Assembly (NCBI GenBank): GCA_009914755.4
Contig: CP086569.2
Location: forward strand, 7,296,001-7,360,000
Reading direction: 5' to 3'
Length of the DNA: 64,000 bases
Source of the DNA: the human T2T-CHM13v2.0 reference genome, Homo sapiens
Under the pieces are notes generated by a model. It did not search any database, was not told the origin of the DNA, and was given only the letters and a program-made list of their open reading frames with translations. This document shows, piece after piece, positions 1 to 13,619 of the stretch (within the stretch, counting starts at the first letter, position 1; each line of letters begins with the position of its first letter). The translations under genes and the position numbers were made by a program.

Positions 1-709
1 CAGATTATAGAACTGCCTGTTTCCACAGTATTGTGCTATCTCGCTTTAAGAACCAGCTGGGGAATCATTAAAAATATAAAATGTCCTTTTCTTGAACCTC
101 TCCCAGGTGAGCCAAAAAACGAAATTTTCTGTGGAGATGTTGTCATGTGCAATTTCATGAAAACTTTTACAATTTTAACCACAGCTATGCTTCAGTGGCA
201 TACCTGTTTATTCAATACCTGCACACCTGCTTTAATACAGAAAAATTTGGAAGTTAATACAAGTATTAACTGTTACCATCATTGGTGCTGACAACTGAAG
301 ATGCTTTCCAATCTTCCATGAATATGTGAAATTCAAAATGTCAGTACAGTCTCCAGAATGTCAATGTAATCTTAGTAGCAGTGGATCATTTACAGAAGGT
401 AATTTTGCCACAGTGGTCAAATATTTGTTAAATACTGCTATTTTATAGCTATCCATAACATTAACTGACACACAGTGTATAGCTAGAACCATGTTGCTAA
501 AGAAAATGTTCACAAATAGATTTCTCATTTTTGCTAAATTGCAAACTAACAGGTTAATTACCCCTGTGAAGTACGAGATAGATGGAGTAGTATTTACCAA
601 GAATGAGAAAGAAGAGAGGGGCATATGACTTGAGAAGGTGGGAGTGAGTAAAAGATAAGGTATTTATTCCTGACTCCTGACTTGATGTTCTTTGCTTGAT
701 TCTTTTCTT

Positions 710-733
710 TTTGTTGTTGTTGTTGTTGTTGTT
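710..733. repeat. (TTG)n microsatellite, about 8 units
   Basis: ttgttgttgttgttgttgttgtt read directly. Confidence 0.9.
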
Positions 734-3700
734 ATTTTACTTTATCTTATGTGTTAGACCAGAGTTTCACAAACACCCCCAAATAATTACATGGGGCATA
801 ACAAATATATCCAGATAATTCTCATTATTTTCCTTCAAAATCCTGGTTCAATAATTTGAAATGAGACCTGGAGAACCAGTAATTCTAACAAGTATGATAA
901 GTGATTGTTACCAAAATGACTATTATGAAATATTTAGACAACCAGGCAGGAGCTAGGTAATCAATATTTAATAGTTGGTTCTTACAGTAAGGGCAAAGGA
1001 TTTTATTGAAAAGACTATTTAAATGCAAGTTTTATGAAAAAGGTTGAAGTGAGCACTTTAGTACTTTCTAATTAGTGTCTTTAAAATATGTTTTGCTAAA
1101 GTGGCAAAATTATTTTTTTCATTAGAAGTTAGCATTATAGTCACAAATGTCTTCTGAGTTAGCTTTTTGAAAATCTTCAGATTATAAATTGTAAAAATTA
1201 TCTTTGGTGTTTATAAAACTCCAGAAAATCACTAAGAAAAATATACATAAAAATACCAGTATCTAAAAAGATCAAAATAACTCTTACAAACAGACAACAA
1301 TCTAGCCTAGGAGAAGAAAGCAGGACAGGTAAATAGATCCATTTTGGCAAAGAGGAAAGTCAAATGACCAATGAAAAATGGCTAGATGATTGAACTCATT
1401 AGTAATCTGGGAATATAAATCAAAACCACATTACGTTCCAACTTTTGTTCATTAGCTTGGCAACAATTAACATAATAACATAATAACCCTTGTAGTCAAG
1501 GGTGTAAAGAATGGTAATTTGGTTCCATCAATCACAGGACTCTCTAATGATATTTAGTAAAATTAGGGTGACTAAAACTTTCATTGTTCCAACAGAAACT
1601 TTTTTAGAATAAAGAGTACTAACATACACAAAATTATTTAATATTTAATATATTATTTCCTTTCAGGCAAATTTTTATTGTATTGATGGATCTATGAAAT
1701 AGTTATCTTCCAGCTATTTTTAAAAATGAAATCCCTTCAAAAATTTAAAACCACAATTACATATCTTGAGGCAAAATAGAAAAATAATTTACATTATTTA
1801 AATATTAAAAATAGGGAGAATAATTATATAGAACATATTTATATGAATTAATCTGTTTCTTAATAATTATCTGTAGTTCTTTTCTGGAAAATGCATTTAT
1901 TTTAATATTATATTGATTTTTAAATAATGTTACTTGCAAGCTTTTCCAAAGTTGCCTCTTCCTGTCACCAATAAAAGTTATCAACAAAGTTTAGCTTTTT
2001 AAATGAACTTTAAACAACCATTTATCATATTGTTCAATTTTTTTTCTGGCACAATAATATTTCCACAGCTTTATTTTGGTGCCGATGATTGATTAAAAAT
2101 TCAAACCATGTTTTAATCAAATTTTCTGTTTGAAACATCTAAATGGCATTATTCAACTCTTTTTGAATTTCCTCTGTAGCTAATGGAGCTAACATACTAA
2201 CAATTACTGATGAATATTCCTAAGTGCAGAAAAAATAGAATTAAAAATGTACACAGTTGATTTTAAAAAATAGCAATTTGATGCAAATAAAAAGCCAAGC
2301 ATCTCGGAATTATATGCTTAATTTTTCCAAATTCACATATTAAACCTGTGAAAATGTCATCTTCAGGCATAGTTTTCTTAATGTAACTAAGTATTACCTT
2401 TTGAAATAGCAGTTGCTTTTCCCCCTCAGCGCTCTATATTTTGGATTTCAGGATATCACTTTTAGCCTGTGGTCCCAACATGGACTACAAGGCTTTATGA
2501 CTACACCATGTGTTTACTGGCACTTTTCAACCCATAATTTGATTGAAAGGGAAATCAAGTAGTTATTAATTAAATATCTACTTGCATTTTCAGGTCATTG
2601 CTGCTGAAACAGATTTTTTAAAAATAGTCATTAGCAAGCAACCTATAAATAAATAGTTGTAGGTATATGAGAGATGACAAAACCACTGTGGCCAGACGAG
2701 TTAACTACTCTCTGTGTGCTAAGCTTCTATTTCCAGCACATAATTTACGTATGTCTAGCCTATTATTTCCTTCATTTTCCCCAAACCCACCATGATGATC
2801 TGGCAATGTCGTGTAAGTGAGCCACACGGTAAAAAAAAAGAAAAGAAAAAAAAAAAACTATGTCAAATACTTTTTCCAACACAAGGCAAGACTGGAAGAA
2901 GCTAGCCATTCCTAGCCAATACTGACTCAGTGCATATTGATTTATTGTCACTCTGCCGCATGCTGTCCTTGAAAAAGAAGGACAGCATGTTATCTATGTT
3001 TGGTGTAAACTGTTAGGAAAATAAAGTTGATTTTCAGACTTATCTCCCAACTCAAGTCATCATTCTGTTAATATTTTATTTTCCTCACATACTGATAGAA
3101 TACTGACAATAGCTGCAATTATTAAACAAAATGAACATTTAACAAACATGTTTGTTCTAATCAATGTAACTTATAATAATACTTCATTAAAAATGAAAAA
3201 TCTAAGACATATGCTAAGCCAATTAGCATGGATGAACAATAGTAATAAAGTCATAGTCTTGGGGGCCAATGAGAATATTTTAACCCCTCAGAGTTAAAAC
3301 TGTACACACACTGCAGTCCAGCCATTCTTCTAATACATTCATTATAAACTCTCACACATGTGTACCCAGAGGCCTGGGCAAGATTTTTCATTGCAGGATT
3401 TCAAAAAACACATCATGGAACATGATAGTATTCAGTAGACTAAGAACTATGCCATCAATAATTGCAGCTTTCCACAAGAATGTTAACAAAAAAATGTGAA
3501 ATAATACACACCTTATAATATTCACATAAATATTAAAAATTCACAAAACACCAGTATTGTTTAGAAATAAATATTTTAATAAATTTATAAAAATATGAAG
3601 GTAATACCAGGTTCATGATAATGGTGCCTCTGGAAATGGAAAAAAGCAAATGAATCTGATGGGGTGTATCCCAATTACAACCAGAGGTAATGTAAATAGA

Positions 3701-4092
3701 ACAAGGAATGTATTAATGGAGGTTATTTTTAAGTTAGATTAAAATGGTATTTATTATGTTATTTAGTATTTGTATACATTTTTTAATCTTCCTCAAAAAA
3801 ATTTTATATGAACAATATTCTGTATAAATTGGAATTACCTTGTGAAGTAATTGCTTTAAAATTTCCCTGTCCCCATTGCCACTTTCAGCGAATAAAAAAA
3901 ATTAAAAATTGAAGAATGTGTTACCTTTCAAAAAAAAATTTTACATTTATAAGTATGAAACAAAATGCATTACCAGCACATCACATTTTTTGACTCATTA
4001 TCCATGTAAAATCATGTAGCAAAAAATGAGAGAAGGACATAGGCAGAATTTGACATATGAATAGAGGAAATAATTGCATGTTTATTTAAAAT

Positions 4093-4915
4093 ATCTTCAT
4101 AAGACATAAAAGTGTCCAAGAAACATAAAAAAAGTGCTCAACATCACTGATCATCAGAGAAATGCAAACAAAAATCACAACAAGTTACCATTTCATACCA
4201 GTCAGAATGACTATTATTATTATTAAATAACCAAAATAAAAAAATAACGAAGGTAGGCAAGGCTACGTAGGAAAAGAAATACTTATACAGTGGTGGAGAG
4301 AATGTTCAGCCACTGTGGAAAGCAGTTTGGGGATTTCTAAAACACTAACAATAGAACTACCATTTCACCCAGCAATCCTATTGCTCGGTATATGCTCAAA
4401 CGAAAATAAATCATGAAAGCTACCAAAAAGACACAAGAATTCTCATACTCATCACCATGTTAAAGAGATGGAATCAACCTAGGAGCACATCCATGTGCTC
4501 CTAAAGAAAATATGGTACATATGAACAGTGGAATAGTACACAGCTGTAAAAAGAACAAAATCATGTCCTTTGCAGCAACATGGATGCATCTGGAGGTAAT
4601 TAACCTGAGCAAATTAATGCTGAAAAAGAAAATCAAATATTGAATATTCTCATAAATAGGAGCTAAAACGTGGGTGCACACAGAAATAAAGATGAGAACA
4701 ATAGACACTGGAGACTTCAAAAGAGGGACAGAGGGAGAGGGGCAGGGGCTGAAAACCTTCCTATTAGGTAGTAGGTTCACTCTCTGGGTGATAGGATCAA
4801 TAGAAGACTAAACATCAGCATCACGCAATAACCTTTGTAACAAGCCTGCACATGTACTCTCTGAATATATAATAAATGTGGAAATACAAAATAAAATAAA
4901 AATATTATTAATGGA
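4093..4915 (+). mobile_element. L1 (LINE-1) 3' end: ORF2 C-terminal region plus 3' UTR with A-rich tail
   Basis: + strand translation gives ...KKCSTSLIIREMQTKITTSYHFIPVRMTIII..., matching L1 ORF2 ...[32 protein letters not shown]... Downstream 3' UTR-like sequence ends in aaatacaaaataaaataaaaat. Confidence 0.85.
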
Positions 4916-7459
4916 AATAAATTATTATTAATATTATCATATAAACATTATTAAAGGGAATAAATTACATTTTAGAATTGACATTATTGCAGTCATACAT
5001 GATTGAAACATGCTGATAAAATCTATATAAGCTTTATGGAAACAGTGAATAGTCTCCTGACTGCCTTTAAAAGTATAAAAGATGGGATAGCAACCTTTAT
5101 GCACATTAACTAGACTTTAGTTGCACTAATTAAGACAGCAAGAGCTGAGTAAATCAAATGATAATAGACAAGTTGTAATTGATGTCAAAATTCTACCTTA
5201 TTATATATCAACTTCGAAATCATAGCCCAAGTTTTTTTCTATTTTGAGAAACATCACTCTACTAATATATAGAACAAAGATAGATTTTTGCATGATTTCA
5301 ATAAAGCACATTTCTTCTTCAAATATGATAAGCACTTTCCAATCCATAAAACACTGTTAGAGAAAACTGACAATCAGGCTAGACACACATTTCAAAGAGC
5401 CTATGATGTTACAAATCACTTATGCCTCACTCTTGCGTCACCATGATAATGCAAAGCACTTAGATGGTGTTTCTTAGCTTGAAAGAGCCTAGGAACTTTA
5501 ACTAATTAATCCTTAGACTAACCAGTGAGAAAGTGATAAGAAGCCCTGTGAAGAGATCATTTAACTATATAATTCACACTTGCTTAAATGTAATTCAGCA
5601 TATGTGCCATGTTGTGTTTTCCTAGCTTTCTATTTCAGTCTTCAGAGAAATAATATTTATCTGTGAATATATGATGCATAGGCATCTATTATGAATAAAA
5701 TTATGTCGACTGCACTCTCTCTGCCACTAAAAGGTAACAGATGTACATACAGCCAATACATAAAAAAATCTGGTACATTCTGCTGTATTTTCTTTTCTTA
5801 TTCATTTCATATATTATTTTCAGGTATTTCAGAGTGGACTTGTTAGATTTGAATAGGCTAAAGCTTTTTGAAAGAGGAATATACAATTCTCTTGTTAATT
5901 TTTATAATTTTTTTTTGAAAGTGAATAAAAATTAAACTTTTATGATTATGCTGAATGTAAAAGAATATCATATGTGAATGCTTCACCCAAATGAAAGAAT
6001 ATTTAATATTCAACTTAGAATTCTCTCTAGTAGGATTTCCTTCTCTGCAGGTAGCTGGCTACAGAGATCTACCAAAACAAATGTATTTCTGCGGTAAATA
6101 CCAGCACTGGCTTACTCCAGAAAGAACTCTTTTAGTCTGTAAAGAACAGTACATCTTTTCCCTGAGCAGAATAAATACTTACCCAGTTTTGCTGTTCCAC
6201 TAAAAAATCAATTAAAGTAAGTCAGTTCCTTTTTTATTACAAAGAAAATCTGGTTAATTTCTAATTACTTGTACTAAATCTATTCTCTATAACTATCTAA
6301 AATTACATAGACATACACACAGGCATAGAAAAGAAAGAGTACAATTGGAAGACCAAATAATGTGTACATGTGATCTGTTAAAAAAAAAACTTTCTACTCT
6401 ACTATTTTCATTATAGGTTATAGTGTAATTCAATAAATGACCTATTTTAAATTAGTGCCTAAAACATCACTTGAAAAAGTGTGTACAATGCAAGAAACAT
6501 TTCCCTATGCATACACTTTATTTGTAAATACATTTATACTGTAGAGTTAAAATGGTTAACTTTGTTGTCAAAGACTGATACCGGCTAAAATTTTGTTTCT
6601 TAATATATGTATCCCATTTGTTGTTTTGTATCCTATAAACCCTTTATGCTATATCTAAGACTTAAAATGTTTTAAACATTGGATGTTGGTCTTTAGTGGG
6701 AGTGGGGGTGGGAGGGCCCCATGCAGTTGCTGTCTGGGAGATCTTATCTAAAGAAAGAAGTTAGTAACAGGCAGCTGCATGGGCAGTGGTCCAGTGCCAG
6801 GTTTTCAGCTAACACATGTGTAAGTTTCTCAGGAATTCTCAGAAGTATTTGAGGGAAATGAAACTGGTTTACCAATGCTCTTTTAAAAAACCAGGTAAAG
6901 AACATCCTGCAGTGTCCTGAGGAGAAAAATGAGCAAGGCACATGCTTTCAGATGAGAAACATACTAGGTGATTGCAGGATAATAGAAATCTCAAGCAGCA
7001 GTTTCACCTGAGGAGCAAAAATACACCCTTAAAGTAGCTGCATAAACTAGAATCTGGTAAGACTCCAAAAAACCAAAGCGTGGGCAAAGCTGGCTAGAAA
7101 CAACTGGACTCAACATGGTGTTGGATTTAAGCTAGGTTTCACCTTGGAGAAAATAGCAAAAAAAAAAAAAAAAAAAGTCACTGTTATTACCATGCTGCTC
7201 TGCTACTACCATGCAACAGAGCAACTGATCAAAGGCAGCAACTGCGTAACTATGGCTGGTTCACATGTGAAAACTAGAAATCCCTGTTTATTTAATTCAT
7301 GTTTACTTTTTCTATTCATATAGAAGCCAAAAGCATTCCTTACTGACACAGTGTTTCATTTTTCTTCCTTATTCTCCACCGGTTATTTTCTTACCACATT
7401 AGTTATAGTTTATAACTTATTTTGTCAAATATATGCAATGAGGTAACACTGCAGTATTG

Positions 7460-8230
7460 CAGAAAGCACACTGCTTTGGAAACAGACTCGTACTGAAACG
7501 GGAAAATGTCCCTCACCTCCCATCACCGAGCGAGCAGTTAGGACAGGTTGTGGGGCTCCGATCCCAAGCAGCATCTAGGGGTGAATGTTTACAGCTCCTG
7601 AATCCCCAGCGGGCATGTGTTACACACTGATAATTTAGTTTCTCCATGTGTAGGTGGCTTGTGTTAGCTCAATTAGGTAGGCTGCCTTACTGAAAAGACA
7701 GAGGGCTTTCTGGATCCCGGGGCTTCCTGCTTTGGTGTACCTGAAGGATTGTCTCACACGTGGGCTTGGAGAATGAGTGCAAGGTTTAATTGAGTGGTAG
7801 TTCTCAGCAGATGGATGGAGAGCCAGAAGGGAGATGAAGTGAGAAGGTGGTTTTCCCTTGGAATGTGGCAGGTCAGCACTCTCCTCCCACAGCCCCAAGG
7901 AACTCTGTGTTCTTCTGCGATGGATGTTGTGCCGCCTCAGTCCTTGTGCTCTTCATTCTCTGGTATCTTCTCAAGGTCCAGTTGCTGTGACTTCTTCTGC
8001 TGATGGTTCCACTCGATGTCCAGCTGCTGTTGACTCTCCCTGCTAGAGTCTCAGAGTTTCTTATAGCACAGGATGGGGGTATGGCAGGCCAGGGTGGTCT
8101 TGGAAAATGCAACACTTGGGCAAAAAAACAGAAGCGCATGTACTCACCATTTGGGCAAGAAAACAGAAGTGCATGTCCTCACCTAGGTCAGTAAGCATAG
8201 GCATAAGGGTGGAGCCCTAACCAAGAACCA
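7460..8230. repeat. Possible LTR/ERV-derived fragment, unclassified
   Basis: Moderately GC-rich block inside AT-rich DNA with LTR-like texture and an internal tandem duplication. No consensus recalled; family not assigned. Confidence 0.25.
8116..8183. repeat. Tandem duplication, 2 x 34 bp
   Basis: ttgggcaaaaaaacagaagcgcatgtactcacc followed directly by ttgggcaagaaaacagaagtgcatgtcctcacc. Confidence 0.8.
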
Positions 8231-9474
8231 CACCCTCCACTACCAGGCACTTCCCTGTCCCCCATCCATATCAGTATTTTTTAAATTTAAAACTCCAAAA
8301 ATAGTACCCAAATCCTTTAAAGAAGATAATTGGAGAAAATGGCATTAGAAGAGCCAGTCTGGGATTAGGGTCACTATATGGAAAATGAAAGCACAGAGAG
8401 CATGTCCTGCAGGCCACGGAATCACTGCGGAAACATATCCCCTACTGAGAAGGAGAGGGAAACTAACTGGCTTCTCTCATCTTGTTCTCTAATCTCTGCA
8501 GTGTTACCCCTTGACTGAGCTGAAACAGGAAGAAATTTTTATGGGAGCCTAGGAACCCTGCTTCCCAGAGACCAGGCATCTCTGTTACAGAACAGTACTA
8601 GCAAGAGGTGAGTGATGTATCTGTGCACGTACAAACCCAGTACCTCACACAAAGGAGTATCAGAGACAAGTATATTATCAAGGGATCAAGAGAGAAGTAG
8701 TCTCAGGAATGATTCATGCATATTTGTGAAAAGACCAAAAAGTAAAATAGAGCTCATGAGGTAATAAACAACAAGAACGTAAAGAAAAACAGGCAAAATT
8801 GTAAAGTCCAGGGTATTTACCTTTCCTTTATAGGATTCTGAAAATCCTTTCCAGAATCCTTTTTCCAATATCTTCCATTCATGGATTCATTCAAGAAATA
8901 TGTATTGAGCTAGTATGGTATAAGAATTGGGCAAATGGCATCATATACACTGTTAGTACTTCTATTACTGATAGAAAGAATGTTTCTTTTTTTTCTACAA
9001 TGTTTTTCTCCCAGACATTCTTCTTACAGATTGGTATCCTTACAGATGCAGTCAATCGTTCCTGCCCTAAGAAGGTTCCCCAAACCCCTGTAAACCCGGT
9101 TAAGAACTTACTTCCTCTCCAATTAAGTTACTAAATTGTTTCTATTGTAACACTTGTCAGAGTACATTGCAATTTTTGCTCTTCTCTCATCGTCCAATTA
9201 AACTATGAATATTTTGAAGGAAAAGTCTATAAACACAATGGCTTGACATTTGTCAATATTTATTGTATAAAAGGTTATTAGATATTTATATATAATAGTC
9301 TAACATATTTATCCTAATTTTTGGAAAACAATGTAAACAATGTTAATTGACCATTCCCCATGAATTGCTCAACTTAAACAATGTCTATGCTTTTGAAGCA
9401 ATTATACAAACTTCCAAAAGACATCTGAAAGAGTTTTTATTTCAATTTTTTTTGTTGTTGTTATATTGAATTAT

Positions 9475-9727
9475 TTTGTAGAGACAAAGTCTTACGCCTT
9501 GGCCCAGGCTGAAGTGCAGTGTGTGATCACAGCTCACTACAACCTTGAACTCCTGAGTAAACAGAACAACAGATGTGTGTCATCATGCCCAATTCATTTA
9601 ATTAATTAATTACATTTGTAGAGATAGGTCTTGTTATGTAGTCTGTGCTGGTCTTGAACTCTGGGCTTGAAGCAATCCTCCCTTCTCAGCCTTCCAAAGG
9701 GCTGTGATTCCAGGCATGAACCACCAG
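9475..9727 (-). mobile_element. Alu (old, AluJ/FLAM-like), antisense
   Basis: ...gcccaggctgaagtgcagtg...gcctcccaaag... pattern, diverged from consensus. Confidence 0.8.
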
Positions 9728-12700
9728 AACTCAATGAAAAAAATTTAGATTTTAGAATATTACAATATGGTAGACTTAATTTCTTCTTTCAATTTTGCAT
9801 TTTTAGTGGCACTTGAGAATAATTATTTCTTAGGGGGAGAGTGTGACTTCTCATATTTGGTCCAAATTTTGAAATCTTTATTCTGTTTACTTAAACCCTA
9901 ATAACTGGTAGTCAAGTCAGTTGACAGTCAAGTACATGGGTGTTTTTGTGTTGAGGTTATGAAGACAAATGTAGAGAGATATTAAGAACCAAAGACATTT
10001 ATTTTTATATATGCTAAAGCTTTACCTCACCGGCGAGGCATCATACATGGCACAGATAGTTTTATAAAATACCCTGAAATACATACTTTAGTAACCAGTT
10101 CTGCACTTGCAATTTCCCAACTTTGTTTTCATCAGGAGTTAATTACGTATGGCACTTCAAGTAAGTGAACAAATGTTTGAATTGCTGTGAGTTATTTTAG
10201 TCATTGCTCAGCTAACCATTTAAGTTATCAAAGATATTTACTTGTACAGTATCATAAATGCTGGACATTAAAAATTAATCAACAGGCTTAGCTGCCATCT
10301 AATATGATATTTTTCGTAAAATAACAGCAGTAATTATGCCAAAAGATAGTCATTCCTGTAGTTTTAGCCATTATAGCAGTTTCCACCTGAGGATTTCACA
10401 GAGTCCAGATATGGGCAACAGTGATTAACATAATAGTTATTAGTGAGAAGATATTTTGATACATCTAGGCATGTTTACATGTCAGTGCCTATACGGGACG
10501 GGTTTGGCATATTAATAAGAAAGGGTGCATTGGACTGAATACTAAGAAATGTATTGAGGTTTTTTTTGCCCTTTATAACATGAAAGGTCAATTGGAGATA
10601 TAGAAACAATGGAACATTTCGCAGCATGGCCTGACATTTCACTGCACTTTTTTAAACCACGTACCTTAAATATGCAAAGGTAGGACTGTTATAAGACGAA
10701 AGTGTTGGAGTCAGAGGTCACAATCCACAGCAAGGTGATAGTCTCTTGTGGATGGCCCCCTGAGTGCTGAATTAGAGTGAGAATCAACTTTCAGGCTGCC
10801 AGCAGTGGACAAGGAGAATGAAGCTATCAGCAGTTAATTCAATTCAATTATTGGATTAATTGAAATGAATGTTGACAGAGATTTTGTTGGCTTTACATCA
10901 AATTGAGTGTAGTACTTCAAATTGAGTATTTGATAAGAGTAAACTCTTACCACATTTCCCACATGTAAAATTGAGGATTAATGAAAAGATTACATAACCC
11001 ATACATTATGAGTAGCTCATATAAATTTGTATGCACATGTGCAAACTTACAGCGTGCAAATATTTGTCTATATCTAAATATATCCAAATCCATTGATGAA
11101 CGTTAGAAATTTTGAAATTATTCTCCCATTTTACCATTCCTTTTCCTAGAATTTTGTCATAAATACAATTTTTCCATCTGTTTGAAACTTACTTTCTGGA
11201 GGCATGTAATGTATGGATACAGTAAAGCTGTGAGATATTACAGGGTTTGTATCAGAGAAAATAATAAAACTGGTGTTATAAAAAAGCCATTTTGAGGAGA
11301 AATTTATACTTCACAGGACTACAAATACAGAAGTATTGTTTCATCGAAAGTTGATGTCAGTCAATACAATTTATTTTTATGTTTTATTTCAAATATGTAA
11401 TCTCAGAAGGATTGCTTGAGAAGAATAATGTTATTGATAATAAATAATGATTAAGAATTTCCTTTAATTTGTTTATTATTTAAAATTTAAGTAAAATACT
11501 AAAAAGTAGTGTATAATGTAGTTTCATGAAGCATTCTCTATGGTTTTTGTAAAATTAATAGTCTCAATGGAATTTTTTACACAGAGAAATTTCCTTATAT
11601 CATTTTATTATTGTACTTTCACTTTATTACTTGCTTGCATGTTGTAACTCATAGAAATAAAAATATTTTTATTTATACATGGATTTTTGTTTATGTTTTC
11701 TAGTGAGAGAAAGACACCAATAATTTTATCTATATAGGAAAATTTGGACAAGCCCAAAGTTCTTAACTTTCTTTTCTTTGGAAGTTTCATACTTAAGTGT
11801 AGGTATGAGATGGACTTGACTGTGATCATTTTTTGATTTCACTATGACTACTGAGTTTCAGATATAGTGTTACAAATGTATAGACTTAAAAGCGTGCTTT
11901 ATTCTTCTTCTTCTCCTTTTGGACCTGTACATGTGATACCTGCAGTAATGTGCACCATTATCTGAAATGAGGTTGCTGAAAGATGCAAGCATAAATGGAA
12001 TTCTTTATTTCTGTGAACCTTTAGGAACAGACAAGTAAAACTGAAAGATAATTATAAGATTAATTTAAGTCTGTAGTTTCTCACAGAAGTACAGTAAGGG
12101 TGAAAACATATTTAAAAATACTTGCCTAATCCAAAACATGTTGTAGGGAAGTGAAAAATTTAATTTGACATAAGGAACAGTTTAAAAGTTATGATTATTT
12201 TTGGTGACAGTAAGTTGCACTAAAAATCCTATTTTCCCTGTTTTAATACATGAAACTATTAATGTATCTTCACGCTCCAAAAAGAGTTAACTCTAACTTA
12301 AGCAACAACTTTATGGCCATTTCAAACAGTGGGTGCATCATCTTAGAATTTCTCCAAGAATCTTTTGGGAGAAATCTAATCTAATCTAGCTCTATAAACA
12401 ATTAAATTAATAAAATTATTATGACTGTAGCTTCACAATTTCATTGTCCTTCTCTTTTCAGTTTTTACATATTATTTTTAAAATTCAAAAGCCCCTAGGA
12501 AGCATATGATAAATAACAATGACTGAAACAGCTGAAAAATGAAAACTAAGCAGCAGACACATTTCAAGATTTCCTTTATGAGAATGCTATGTTAACCATG
12601 TGATATACACATGGTGTAAATCACCGTGAGAAAATAATATTCGGGTAGCACTTGACAGTTTATCCAATAACAGCAAATATTCTCATTTGACCTTCAAAAG

Positions 12701-13158
12701 ATTTTTAAACTCGTGTTTCATAAATGATGAAAATGTGATTGAGTAATACAAATCAGAGCTGTTACATCTCATTAGGAACATGTCGGAGCCAATAAAGCAA
12801 AGGCATGAGTTTTCTTCTGGAGGGAAGAAGGCAACATTTATTAAGACCATGAGTCTTATTTTTTTACATTTCATCATTTATCAATGTTTTATCAAAATTG
12901 TTTCCCTTATTTCCAGTTATATTTCCTTTATTTGCCTATTACAGCAGTTACAACACTTATTATTCATTTATCTCTGTGCCTGTTACTGCTGCACACTCAG
13001 AAGAGCAAGGACTATATTTTTCTGAGCTTCTTGCAGACTGCCAGGCTTATTGTGGCATTTAGACACTATCTGCTGAATGTTTGTGACATTTTCATTTAAG
13101 TTACATTGTAGGCCACTTGATACTAATTTTCTATTTCGTATTTGGGTTTGGAGAGTTA

Positions 13159-13600
13159 TTTTTCCTTTTTAAGTTTTTTTTTCTTTTTTTGTTTTATTAT
13201 ACTTTAAGTTCAAGGGTACATGTGCACAACGTGCAGGTTTGTAACATAGGGATACATGTGCATGTTGGTTTGCTGCCCCCATCAACTTGTCATTGACATT
13301 AGGTATTTCTCCTAATGCTATCCCTCCCCCAAACCCCCACCCCACAACCGGCCCCAGTGTGTGATGTTCCCCACCCTGTGTCCATGTGTTCTCATTTTTG
13401 AACTCCTACTTATGAATAAGAACATGCGGTGTTTGGTTTTCTGTCCTTGTGATAATTTGCTTAGTATGGTTTCCAGCTTCATCCATGACCGTGCAACCAC
13501 AATGAGATACCATCTCATCCAGTTAGAATGATGATCATTAAAATGTCAAGAAACAACAGATGTTGGAGAGGATGTGGAGAAATAGGAATGCTTTTAAGTT
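13159..13600 (-). mobile_element. Truncated L1 insertion with 5' inversion (twin-priming structure)
   Basis: Poly-T, then reverse complement of the L1 3' UTR/ORF2 end (ggtatttctcctaatgctatccctcccc...ttccagcttcatccatg). This switches to sense-strand L1 ORF2 (aaccacaatgagataccatctcatccagttagaatgatgatcattaaaatgtcaagaaacaacagatgttggagaggatgtggagaaatagg = ...[28 protein letters not shown]). Possible TSD aagtttttt at both ends. Confidence 0.8.
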
Positions 13601-13619
13601 TTTTAAAGTATATTTTAAG